Shown piece after piece: positions 1 through 8,048 of a DNA stretch of 64,000 nucleotides. Source of the DNA: Candidatus Uhrbacteria bacterium GW2011_GWE2_46_68 (GTDB lineage Bacteria > Patescibacteriota > Patescibacteriia > UBA9934 > GWF2-40-263); assembly GCA_001002765.1 (NCBI GenBank), contig LCMS01000001.1, positions 4,662 through 68,661 on the forward strand, read 5' to 3'. The notes beneath the pieces are model-generated. The model saw only the letters and a program-made list of their open reading frames with translations, did no database searches and had not been told where the DNA came from. The position numbers and the translations under genes are program-made. How positions within the stretch are numbered: the first letter of the stretch is position 1; each line of letters opens with the position of its first letter.

Positions 1-113
1 GCGTGTTGTGTTGTTTTATGTTTTTGTTTCCACAAGCTGTGGAATCCTCGCCTTGCTTTTACAAAGCGATGAAAAATTAGTGGCGCTTATCATTCTTGCC
101 GTACTCATGATTC

Positions 114-617
114 TTGGCGCCTCGTATCTTGTTCATAAAGAACGTGTCGTTTTTTGTGTGTGTAAGAAATAAATGGTTGGTTGGAGGGGTATTATGTTTC
201 GTTTTTTTGATCGGAGTCGTCTTTGGTCTTTCTTTAGGAGAGACAAGGACAAGCGGTATAGTTTTATGTCCGGATGGATTCTCCATTTCCGTATTGATCG
301 CTGATGAACATCACGAACAAGTACAGGGGTTAAGCGGGACGTCCGTTCTTGAAGAAAATGAGGGGGTGTTATTTTTGTACAAAGAAGCCGGATACCCCGT
401 CCATTGGATGAAAGACATGTTTATCTCGATTGATCTTTTATGGCTTTTGGATGGGGAAATCGTGTTTATGGTAGAAAACGCTCCGATCCCATCGGGGGGA
501 GAGATTGCACACTACCGTCCAGAGGCGCTTGCCAATCAAGTTCTGGAAGTTCCTGCAGGTTTTGTTCAAAAACACGGGCTTTCGGTTGGTGATCACCTTG
601 ACGTACACATACCCTGA
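114..617 (+). CDS. DUF192 (COG1430) family protein with an N-terminal TM segment
   Basis: ORF translation carries motifs typical of DUF192, including GVLFLY, IDLLWL and GEIVFMVENAPIPSGGE. Confidence 0.55.
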   Translation: MAPRILFIKNVSFFVCVRNKWLVGGVLCFVFLIGVVFGLSLGETRTSGIVLCPDGFSISVLIADEHHEQVQGLSGTSVLEENEGVLFLYKEAGYPVHWMKDMFISIDLLWLLDGEIVFMVENAPIPSGGEIAHYRPEALANQVLEVPAGFVQKHGLSVGDHLDVHIP

Positions 618-687
618 CCGTATACTTTCCCCACATTCTTAATCGCTGGCACACTCGTCTTTTGGCGTAGGAGCCGCGTCAAACATT

Positions 688-1002
688 ATGTTGGCCGTGA
701 TTCAAACCGGAGGAAAACAATATATTGTCCGCGAAGGACAAGAGCTCAACGTCGAGCTTTTAACTCAAGAGCCTGGAAGCGATCTTTTGCTTGATGCCCT
801 ACTCATTTTTGAAGAAGACGGGAGCGATGCCAAAGTCGGCACACCTACGGTTTCAGGAGCAAAGGTGGAGACCAAGGTGCTTGAGCATGGAAGAGCCAAA
901 AAGGTTTCGGTGATCAAGTACAAACCAAAGGTGCGTTATCGTCGCAATGTCGGTCATCGTCAACCTTTCACCAAAATCAAAATAGAAAAAATCTCCGCCT
1001 AA
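688..1002 (+). CDS. rplU: 50S ribosomal protein bL21
   Basis: N-terminus MLAVIQTGGKQYIVREGQ and the ~104-aa length match bL21. Confidence 0.85.
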   Translation: MLAVIQTGGKQYIVREGQELNVELLTQEPGSDLLLDALLIFEEDGSDAKVGTPTVSGAKVETKVLEHGRAKKVSVIKYKPKVRYRRNVGHRQPFTKIKIEKISA

Positions 1003-1018
1003 CGCGGAGATTTTTCTT
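988..1018 (+). terminator. Rho-independent terminator after rplU
   Basis: Stem atctccgc/gcggagat of 8 bp with loop ctaac, followed by tttttc; the stop codon sits in the loop. Confidence 0.6.
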
Positions 1019-1027
1019 TAAGATTTG

Positions 1028-2812
1028 TTATCGCAGAACGCCACCCCATTCGATCACGCTGAAGCCGTGGCGCGCGGGTACAGGAGGAAGTTTTGGAGGA
1101 TTGGATGGAGCCGCCTCATCCAAAGGTTCGTAATCCATAAGGATGCGCAGCATCATATCCGGATGTATCGAGAAAGTGAGTGGAGCGATTTGATTCATGG
1201 CACGGGTTCCATGAAATCCAATTTTATAATACGAGGCACCTTGCATGCGCGGATACCAGAATTCCATAAAGTCCGCCGTTTCTTTTTCATTGAGTCCAAG
1301 GTTACTCAAAGTGCTTGTGAGAAAAGTTTTCACATCGGATTTTGCGACCACCCAATAGTGTTGCGGAGGCACATACAGTTTTCCCACACCTTCCCAAAAC
1401 AGATACGGATAGGTCGTGCCATCGGCATTCACCAAGGTTCCATCCGGATAAGCCGTCACATGCCAACCACCTTCATAGACAGGTTCGGAAACACTCAAGT
1501 TCGCATCAATCTCTACCGTGACATCGGTCGGTTCCTCGGGATAAAGATAGATGACCGGTTTTCCACATTCTGCCGCAGGCAAAACATCCGTGTTTGTAAA
1601 CTCGATCCAACGTCCAAGCGGATCTTGCCAGTAAAAATAGGGGTGGCCGGAAATAAATTGTTCCCATGTTTTTGTTTCATCACTCATTTGCCAACTCCCA
1701 AAAGCGATTTGATAGTATTCGGTATCATAGGAAGCGACTTCATACACCGTTCCCGACGCCCCATCAACATCATACGTTCCTGCTTCCACCAAGGTTCCAA
1801 TTTCGGATGCTTCGCGCACATTGGCATAGGTGTCCATTCCACATCCTCCCATACCACCCTTGATATAAAGTTTGTCATTTGTAGTCCCATCATTCCATAC
1901 AATAGGAGGAGGAGTGGATCCACTCTCTATCACCACATAAGGATCCGTCCAAAATGGCACATTCATGTCATACCAAATCAAGCGTCCATCTTCGCGTGTC
2001 GTATAAAAACCGTGTGAACCGCTGGCAAAAAATATACTACCTGTTTCTCCTTCAACAAAGACATATTCACTCAATGTTTTGCCTGTCGTCAGTGTGACTT
2101 GGTGAGGAATAATGGTTGGGGAAAAGTTTACATAATCCGCGCGATACCAAGTGCCCATAAATGTGTATGTATTGTCATTAGTATCGACAAGGGAGGATGC
2201 GGGTTCTTCCAGCTCGGGAATTTTCAAAGAAAGATTTGTTTGCACCAAGGTTTTAAGACTTGGAAAATCTTCTAAGAAAGGACGATAGGTATTTGGACTC
2301 GAGAAAGCCGAACCAATAAAAGAGGAGTATTGATCCAACAAAATGGGATCCCCACTTGTGGAAGGAACAAGGAGATACATATGAGCCGTATCTATTCCCA
2401 TACCGGGAAAATCCACCATCATGATGACGAGTTTGTATCCCGCATGGGTTCCTTCCCTGACGGTTCCAAGAAGGAGCGTATGTGGCTCATTTGGAAAATC
2501 CAAATTTTCCCACTCGTCTCCATAATTGTCTTCGTACATTACTTGTGAAAGAGTTGTACGAGATTCCACTTCCATTTGTTCCGTGACCGGAATCCAATCG
2601 ATAGCGAGGGTGTTTTCATCCGTGGGTTCAGACGTATCATCCACAGGTTGATCATTGACGATTGCATCGTTGTTTGTGTTTTCCACCGGTAAAAGTTTCA
2701 TACCAAGGGCGAATCCTCCGAGGAAAACCACAATGGTGATGGCGATCCCCACGCTGATTGAAGCAAAGATCTCGAGAGCCGAGAGTTTGTGCATAGGTGT
2801 TTGGTTCATCAT
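1028..2812 (-). CDS. hypothetical membrane-anchored secreted protein (594 aa)
   Basis: Long ORF with an N-terminal signal-anchor (ISVGIAITIVVFLGGFALG) and no recognised domain. Confidence 0.55.
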   Translation of the reverse strand: MMNQTPMHKLSALEIFASISVGIAITIVVFLGGFALGMKLLPVENTNNDAIVNDQPVDDTSEPTDENTLAIDWIPVTEQMEVESRTTLSQVMYEDNYGDEWENLDFPNEPHTLLLGTVREGTHAGYKLVIMMVDFPGMGIDTAHMYLLVPSTSGDPILLDQYSSFIGSAFSSPNTYRPFLEDFPSLKTLVQTNLSLKIPELEEPASSLVDTNDNTYTFMGTWYRADYVNFSPTIIPHQVTLTTGKTLSEYVFVEGETGSIFFASGSHGFYTTREDGRLIWYDMNVPFWTDPYVVIESGSTPPPIVWNDGTTNDKLYIKGGMGGCGMDTYANVREASEIGTLVEAGTYDVDGASGTVYEVASYDTEYYQIAFGSWQMSDETKTWEQFISGHPYFYWQDPLGRWIEFTNTDVLPAAECGKPVIYLYPEEPTDVTVEIDANLSVSEPVYEGGWHVTAYPDGTLVNADGTTYPYLFWEGVGKLYVPPQHYWVVAKSDVKTFLTSTLSNLGLNEKETADFMEFWYPRMQGASYYKIGFHGTRAMNQIAPLTFSIHPDMMLRILMDYEPLDEAAPSNPPKLPPVPARHGFSVIEWGGVLR

Positions 2813-2815
2813 AAA

Positions 2816-4615
2816 TTAAGGGTTAAAGACGGTTGTTATTTTCCCTTGCATCATAACATCGCGCAAAGGTTCGGACGAGAGATCGGCCAGTTCTTCAAAG
2901 ATTTTCGCCGCCTCTTGATCACTCACGGGCGTAGGTTGTTTTTCGATAATGCGATAGGGGAGAATCCATAAGGAAAGATTATTTTTTTCTCGCAATACAC
3001 CCACGGCATACCCTTTGTCCGTCTCAGGCATGGGTTGATCAAAAATGAAATTGCCCATGGAATAAAATACAGGAACGTCATCAATCATCTCGGCTCCTTG
3101 GGTGACGTGTGGATGTCCACCCACAATAAGATCAGCCCCTGCCTCCACCATCAGTGATGCCAAGTATTGCTGACTTGTATCCGGCACGCGCGCATATTCG
3201 GTTCCCCAATGCGGATAGGCAATGACAAAAAGATTTTCCGCAGATGCCTCCTCGATTTGTGCAACCAAGGTTTTCCAACTGCTTTGGAATTGATTGAATC
3301 CCACAAAAGAAACGCTCGTATTTCCCACTTCCATATCAAGACGAGGCGCCGCATCGTTATAAGTGCCAAACCATTTGATCCCAAGACTTGTAAGGGTTTC
3401 CTGCGTGGAAGTCGTGGCCTCTTTCCCATAATCATCCGTGTGATTATTGGCAAGGCTCACAACATCAACATAGAGTGACAAAACTTCATCCGCCTCGATC
3501 GGGAACACAAAAGGGTAGGGGGCCTCATGCGCATTTTTACGTTCCCAATCTCCTACGGTTCCCTCATGATTGCCGATAACCGTGTGAGTACCCGATAAAA
3601 ATCGTTCCATGTTTTGCCAAGGATAATCATAGCCATGCTCTTCCATTTCGGTTCGCACACTGCGGTCAAGCATGATGTCGCCGATCATGGTGAGGCTCAT
3701 AAACGTACCGTTTTCCGGAGGGCCACTTGTGAAGTAGCCCAAGATATGGCTGGTATTATCTTCAGGATCATTTGTGGCTCCCATCAAAATAGAACTGCCG
3801 CGATAGAGCGGATGCCACACTTGCGAGCCGTGTTCCTTGTTAAACGCAAACAAAATACGCAGGAGCGCATTGGAATCGGTTTCGAGTTCGCATCCGCGAC
3901 AATCACCATGAGCAAGGGCGGTCAAAGTGACCTCGTCATGAAAGGCCGCGATGTACTCGGGAAGATAGTGGGACATGTCGGCGCTGCCTATCAACAAGGC
4001 ATTAGGAAGAGTTTGAGCAATGGTTGTGCCCAAGATCGTCGCTTGCTCAAGAGTGAGATTGTCATGGACAATAATGGGGACAAGTTTGGCGTTTGGAAAA
4101 GATTTTTTGATAAACGGGGTGAGGGCGGCAATGCCGTGTTCCTTTGCAAAAGCTTCTTCCTCTTGTGCAAGCTCGGTATTTTTTGACAACAGTTCAACTA
4201 CAGCTCCCTCATCTGTTTCCAAAATGCCATAAGGTGTTTGCCAATTTCCTAAAGAGATTTGAGCAAAAGATCGTCCAACCGAAAAATGATTGGGGCTTAT
4301 TAGGACGATGGTGTGCACATCTTCATTACCGATGGTATAAAAAGTTTCGGCGATTTTGTGAGCTACAAGGAGATGATGGGCTGCAAGCGCGCTTTGGACA
4401 GCATTTTTCTCCTCATGCCATTTCGCTTGCGCATAGGCGGACTCATAAAAGTTTTGATCTTGCAGGCCGGAGGAATAAAGAGGGGAATCGTCTTCATGTA
4501 TTAAAGAGGGGAGGAAAACATATTGAGATCCCAAAAAAATTCCCAAACAAAAAAGACCTGTGAAAAGACAGATCCAAACCATCCAAGAAAAAGAAGAGTG
4601 GGGGAGAAGGGTCAT
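2816..4615 (-). CDS. fusion protein with an N-terminal TM, a MEMO1-like domain and a CapA-family metallophosphatase domain
   Basis: The N-terminal half has MEMO-like motifs (LISPNHF, SADMSHY). The C-terminal half has CapA/PGA_cap motifs (LTMIGDIMLDRSV, ANNHTDDYG, YPHWGTEY, GGHPHVTQG, MGNFIFDQ). Confidence 0.55.
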   Translation of the reverse strand: MTLLPHSSFSWMVWICLFTGLFCLGIFLGSQYVFLPSLIHEDDSPLYSSGLQDQNFYESAYAQAKWHEEKNAVQSALAAHHLLVAHKIAETFYTIGNEDVHTIVLISPNHFSVGRSFAQISLGNWQTPYGILETDEGAVVELLSKNTELAQEEEAFAKEHGIAALTPFIKKSFPNAKLVPIIVHDNLTLEQATILGTTIAQTLPNALLIGSADMSHYLPEYIAAFHDEVTLTALAHGDCRGCELETDSNALLRILFAFNKEHGSQVWHPLYRGSSILMGATNDPEDNTSHILGYFTSGPPENGTFMSLTMIGDIMLDRSVRTEMEEHGYDYPWQNMERFLSGTHTVIGNHEGTVGDWERKNAHEAPYPFVFPIEADEVLSLYVDVVSLANNHTDDYGKEATTSTQETLTSLGIKWFGTYNDAAPRLDMEVGNTSVSFVGFNQFQSSWKTLVAQIEEASAENLFVIAYPHWGTEYARVPDTSQQYLASLMVEAGADLIVGGHPHVTQGAEMIDDVPVFYSMGNFIFDQPMPETDKGYAVGVLREKNNLSLWILPYRIIEKQPTPVSDQEAAKIFEELADLSSEPLRDVMMQGKITTVFNP

Positions 4616-4916
4616 AATGATTTTATCATACGGGTTTTTGGGGTGTTCGTCATTTCTTGTTTATCTTTTATAATGTGATGACTCTAGGGGAAGGTTTGAA
4701 ATGACGGGAGAAGAAAAGATGATAAATCACTCAAAAAACCCCAATAAAAACGCAAAAAGATGGGGTTTTTTCTTGACACATACGTTATTTTATGATACGT
4801 TGGCGCGTTCTAAAAAGTGCGTTTTTCAAAAGGAACGTCGTGCAATCAAGCGGTTTGATAGGCGTATAACATCTCCTCCTTGTTATACGTTCTGTCGAAC
4901 CACTTGAGTGCATGGC

Positions 4917-4961
4917 TAGAACGTAGGATTTGATTTATTGATCAAATCTTTCGTTCTAGTC
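4917..4961. repeat. imperfect inverted repeat (ctagaacgtaggatttgat / atcaaatctttcgttctag) upstream of the first high-GC island gene
   Basis: Seen directly; it contains the TCCTACGTT motif that recurs at 6509 and 9877. Confidence 0.5.
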
Positions 4962-5074
4962 AAAGGCACAGCTCCTTACAAGGAAGACTAACCCAAAACT
5001 AGAAGTTCGAAGCTCGACAACACCCCCACTACGGCGGAGAACCCGCCGTTTCCACTCGAAACAGGAGCCACACC

Positions 5075-6493
5075 ATGCGTACCTTCGTCACTCTCTTCGG
5101 TCTTTTCTTCGTTTTCGCCACCCCGGCCTTCGCGGCCGACTACTACCTCGACAATGACGGCGACGGCTACGGACAGACCACGGTCAAGCAGGCAAGCACC
5201 GCGACCGCGGCCCCCACGGGCTACGCGGCCGACAGTGGTGACTGCAATGACACCGACGCCGCGATCAACCCGGATGCCATCGAAGGGTGGGGTCAGGCCG
5301 GCGACAAGATCGACCAGGACTGCGACGGTTCCGACCGCCCCCTGCCCACGATCCCGGCCGATGCGGGGAGGAAGTTCAAGAAGAACTACCCCACGATGAA
5401 TGCCCTCGTCCTCGCGCGTACCTACGGGTACTGCGGGGTGACCGCGGGCTGCGTGATCAACAACACCGATGGCAAGTTCGAGGTCACCACGGCCGGCCAG
5501 GCCTTGTGTGACATGACCGTGTCGCGCGGATATTGGAAGCTCTGGGACGAAAACCAGTGCGCCCAGACCGCGGGCCTGATGTCCTCCCGTGGTGGTGGTC
5601 TCGGCAAGAGCACCGTCGAGAAGATGATCGCCGATGGGAACGCGCCCCTGGCGGCCCGCATCGATGAGGTCGCCCAGGCCTCCTACGACTTCGATATGCG
5701 GCTCGACGAGAGGATCGAAGTCCTGAACATCGCGGTCCTGACGGACAACAGGCGGCTCGATGACCTCGAGGAAGCGGCCGAGTTGTTCGACACCCGGCTC
5801 GATGACCTCGAGGAAGCGGACGTGACCCTGACTCGTGATATCAACGAGGTGTTCGATTCCCAGGTCGCCCTCGTTGGTGGCAGGAAGTCCGATGGCTCGG
5901 TCGTTCCGCCCGAAAAGTCCCGTATGAGTGTGGTGGAGGCAGGGGTCATGGACCTTTCTGACAACGGCATCATGGTGCTCGGTAGCTTTGGCGGAAACGT
6001 CGGCTACCAGCGGCCCTATGCCGTGCAGGAAGGCGGACGCTATGTCCGTGATGCGATGTTCGGTTCGGTCGGCGTCGGGGGTTTCCTTGGCGGCCGGTTC
6101 GGCCAGTTCCAGATGGGCGCTTCCGGCCTCGGAACCCGTACCTGGGATCCGAGCTATGGCAACAGCTTCACCCTCGGCCTCGAGGGCACCTACTTCCCCG
6201 GTGACATGGGCTTCGGCCTGTTCCTGGGTGGCGGGTCCCACGAGTCCGGAGGCAAGCCTCCGGTCGAGTCGACCGTGATCGGCCGCTACGGATTGGTCGG
6301 TTTGCAGGGCGTGTGGAACGCCCCGATCAACGGATACGGTATGTTCCAGATCGTCCCCCGCCTCTCGGCTGGCATCGAGGTCTTCGGGACCAAGGCCAGC
6401 GACGGTGAGAACGTGATCGTCGATGCCCAGCCCGGCGCCCTGCTGATGTTCTCCCTCGAGCTCCGCGCTGGCGCGGGACCCAAGGGCATCTAG
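5075..6493 (+). CDS. secreted protein with one MopE-type Cys/Asp motif, a coiled-coil middle and a Gly-rich C-terminal domain
   Basis: Signal peptide ending AFA|AD. Motifs DNDGDGYG and DCNDTDAAINP...DQDCDG. Heptad-like RLDDLEEA repeats. High-GC codon usage. Confidence 0.6.
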   Translation: MRTFVTLFGLFFVFATPAFAADYYLDNDGDGYGQTTVKQASTATAAPTGYAADSGDCNDTDAAINPDAIEGWGQAGDKIDQDCDGSDRPLPTIPADAGRKFKKNYPTMNALVLARTYGYCGVTAGCVINNTDGKFEVTTAGQALCDMTVSRGYWKLWDENQCAQTAGLMSSRGGGLGKSTVEKMIADGNAPLAARIDEVAQASYDFDMRLDERIEVLNIAVLTDNRRLDDLEEAAELFDTRLDDLEEADVTLTRDINEVFDSQVALVGGRKSDGSVVPPEKSRMSVVEAGVMDLSDNGIMVLGSFGGNVGYQRPYAVQEGGRYVRDAMFGSVGVGGFLGGRFGQFQMGASGLGTRTWDPSYGNSFTLGLEGTYFPGDMGFGLFLGGGSHESGGKPPVESTVIGRYGLVGLQGVWNAPINGYGMFQIVPRLSAGIEVFGTKASDGENVIVDAQPGALLMFSLELRAGAGPKGI

Positions 6494-6748
6494 ATAGATA
6501 GAGTCTTCCTACGTTACGAGGGCGAGTGGTTCAATCCCATCTCGCCCGTCTTGCAAAGGTGTTGAGCATTGCCTCGACAACTTTGCGAAGATTCGTTCAT
6601 TTACATTGGATTAAAAGAGAACCGGGGATGTGAGAGAAAAAGAATGAGAAATTTTTTTCCTTCACACCCCTGGTTTTACTAGGGATTTCGAAAGACCAAC
6701 CCAGTACGGGCGAGGTTTCCTCGCCCAACTTCAACAAGGAGTTCCACC

Positions 6749-7399
6749 ATGCGTTCTCTTCTTCTCTCCCTTCTTTCCCTCTCCGTCGCCTGCGGTCCGG
6801 CCTGGTATCAGGGTCCTGCTCTGGAAGACACCTGTGAGGAGGCCGACACGGATACCGATTCCGACAGCGACAGCGACACAGACTCGGACACCGACTCCGA
6901 CACCGACTCCGACACCGACGTGGTCGTCGAGACCGACCCGTGCGAGGGGAAGGATCTCTGCATCGACTTCGAGACCCCCGGTGGTGTCGAGGTTGAGAAC
7001 GTGTACTTCCATGCCCACGTGATCGACGATGATGACGACTTCGATGCCATGGTGGCCGGCACGGTCAACTGGCCGGACTGGACCATCAACCTGACCTTCG
7101 ATGACATCGAGGAAGCCAGCGTCGGCCTGGACACGGGCTACATCGCGGCGGTGCGGTACAACGTGTCGTTCTGCGACGGTCACGAGGATGGCGACGACGG
7201 TGATGCGGACCACTGCACGTGGCTCGCGTACGGTCGTACCAGCTCCGAGGCCTACCTCACGGCCGACACCGAGGTCTGGTATTGGGGAGAGGACTACGAT
7301 CCCGAGACCATGACCTGGTGCTACGACACCGAAGGTGACACCGACTCCAACGACGACGAGTGTGGAACCTCGGTCGTCGCTGGTCCCAGCGTCGACTGA
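6749..7399 (+). CDS. acidic lipoprotein with a (DT/DS)n repeat
   Basis: Lipobox LSVAC|G followed by DTDTDSDSDSDTDSDTDSDTDSDTD; start context ccATGCGT. Confidence 0.6.
   Translation: MRSLLLSLLSLSVACGPAWYQGPALEDTCEEADTDTDSDSDSDTDSDTDSDTDSDTDVVVETDPCEGKDLCIDFETPGGVEVENVYFHAHVIDDDDDFDAMVAGTVNWPDWTINLTFDDIEEASVGLDTGYIAAVRYNVSFCDGHEDGDDGDADHCTWLAYGRTSSEAYLTADTEVWYWGEDYDPETMTWCYDTEGDTDSNDDECGTSVVAGPSVD
6845..6919 (+). repeat. in-frame hexanucleotide repeat (GAC-WSC) of about 12.5 units inside the CDS
   Basis: gacacggataccgattccgacagcgacagc...gacaccgac read directly. Confidence 0.8.
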
Positions 7400-7416
7400 T
7401 CCACACGTTTTGCTAC

Positions 7417-7455
7417 GGCCCCCGTTGAGCTTTGCTCCGGGGGCTTTTCTGTTTC
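7417..7455 (+). terminator. Rho-independent terminator
   Basis: ggcccccg ... cgggggc stem followed by ttttctgtttc. Confidence 0.55.
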
Positions 7456-7537
7456 TTTAATCAAAAAATAGAACATAAACAAATCCCTCCGAAGTCCACG
7501 CCGATGGCGGGGAAGAAGGGGGGGATTCTGTTTCAAA

Positions 7538-7590
7538 AGGGGCGAACGGCCGTTTTGTACGGTAGGGGCGAACGGCCGTTCGCCCCTACC
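7538..7590. repeat. GC-rich perfect palindrome ggtaggggcgaacggccgttcgcccctacc with an adjacent half-copy
   Basis: The 30-nt self-complementary sequence was read directly; it belongs to a family of six copies. Confidence 0.9.
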
Positions 7591-7616
7591 TTAGCCAAAA
7601 AGCGACCGTGATGGCC

Positions 7617-7645
7617 TTGACAAAATGACGTTTTTTTGTTATAGT
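7617..7645 (+). promoter_or_regulatory. near-consensus sigma70 promoter TTGACA-N17-TATAGT
   Basis: ttgaca at 7617-7622, a 17-nt spacer, then tatagt at 7640-7645. Confidence 0.6.
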
Positions 7646-7651
7646 AGGACG

Positions 7652-7809
7652 TTCAGAATTTGGCAAAAGTACACGGATTTGCGCCATGTTTACAAGGATA
7701 ATGCTTGCGAAGACCTGTTACGAAGCGGGTTTAGCCGGCAACACACGAGGGTGAGAGTAGGGAATCCAAAGGGATTTCCATATCCACACCCTCAAACGGG
7801 TGTTTTTTC
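7652..7809 (+). ncRNA. candidate structured RNA (sRNA or riboswitch-like leader) ending in an intrinsic terminator
   Basis: About 160 nt between the consensus promoter and the terminator acaccc-tcaaac-gggtgt-TTTTTT. An alternative helix gagggtg (7747-7753) with caccctc (7787-7793) overlaps the terminator 5' arm. No ORF is present. Confidence 0.4.
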
Positions 7810-7810
7810 A

Positions 7811-7862
7811 TAATTTCCAATCCCTTCATTCATTAGAAATTGGAAATTAGTAATTGGAAATT
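7811..7862. repeat. AT-rich palindromic repeat (aatttccaat ... attagaaattggaaattagtaattggaaattt), copy R5
   Basis: Near-identical to 32637-32682 and the inverse of 31933-31975 and 32566-32610. Confidence 0.8.
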
Positions 7863-8048
7863 TACCCACCTCCTTGTCCCCATAGTGCAACTCCGTGACT
7901 TGAGGAAGTTCTTTCCAATAGAACGGAGAAACAGCAAAAAGATCAGTCAACCATACGGGCAAGGTTCTATCCCTGCCCACCCACACCAAACCCGCACGCT
8001 TGCGTGCGTCACGCTTCGCGTTCCAACTACCCCAAGGAGAAAAACACC

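Noticed and set aside
1025-2017. 330-aa plus-strand ORF
   Set aside because: It is entirely antisense to the longer, signal-peptide-bearing 594-aa ORF (1028-2812 minus). Its His/Arg/Ile-rich composition looks non-coding.
3614-4563. Plus-strand ORFs of 139-190 aa inside the MEMO/CapA gene
   Set aside because: They are antisense to a protein with clear conserved motifs and are likely spurious.
6519-6546. tRNA-like T-loop sequence gggcgagtGGTTCAATCCcatctcgccc after the first island gene; a possible tRNA or att-site remnant
   Set aside because: No D-arm, anticodon arm or acceptor stem can be built. It folds as a simple 6-bp hairpin with a 14-nt loop, so it is not reported as a tRNA.
7690-7705. 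GUUUACAAGG in the candidate RNA resembles the GUUUACCAGG of SRP (4.5S) RNA domain IV
   Set aside because: The flanking sequence does not reproduce the conserved SRP helix 8 internal loops or the GGAA tetraloop context. It is not called SRP RNA.
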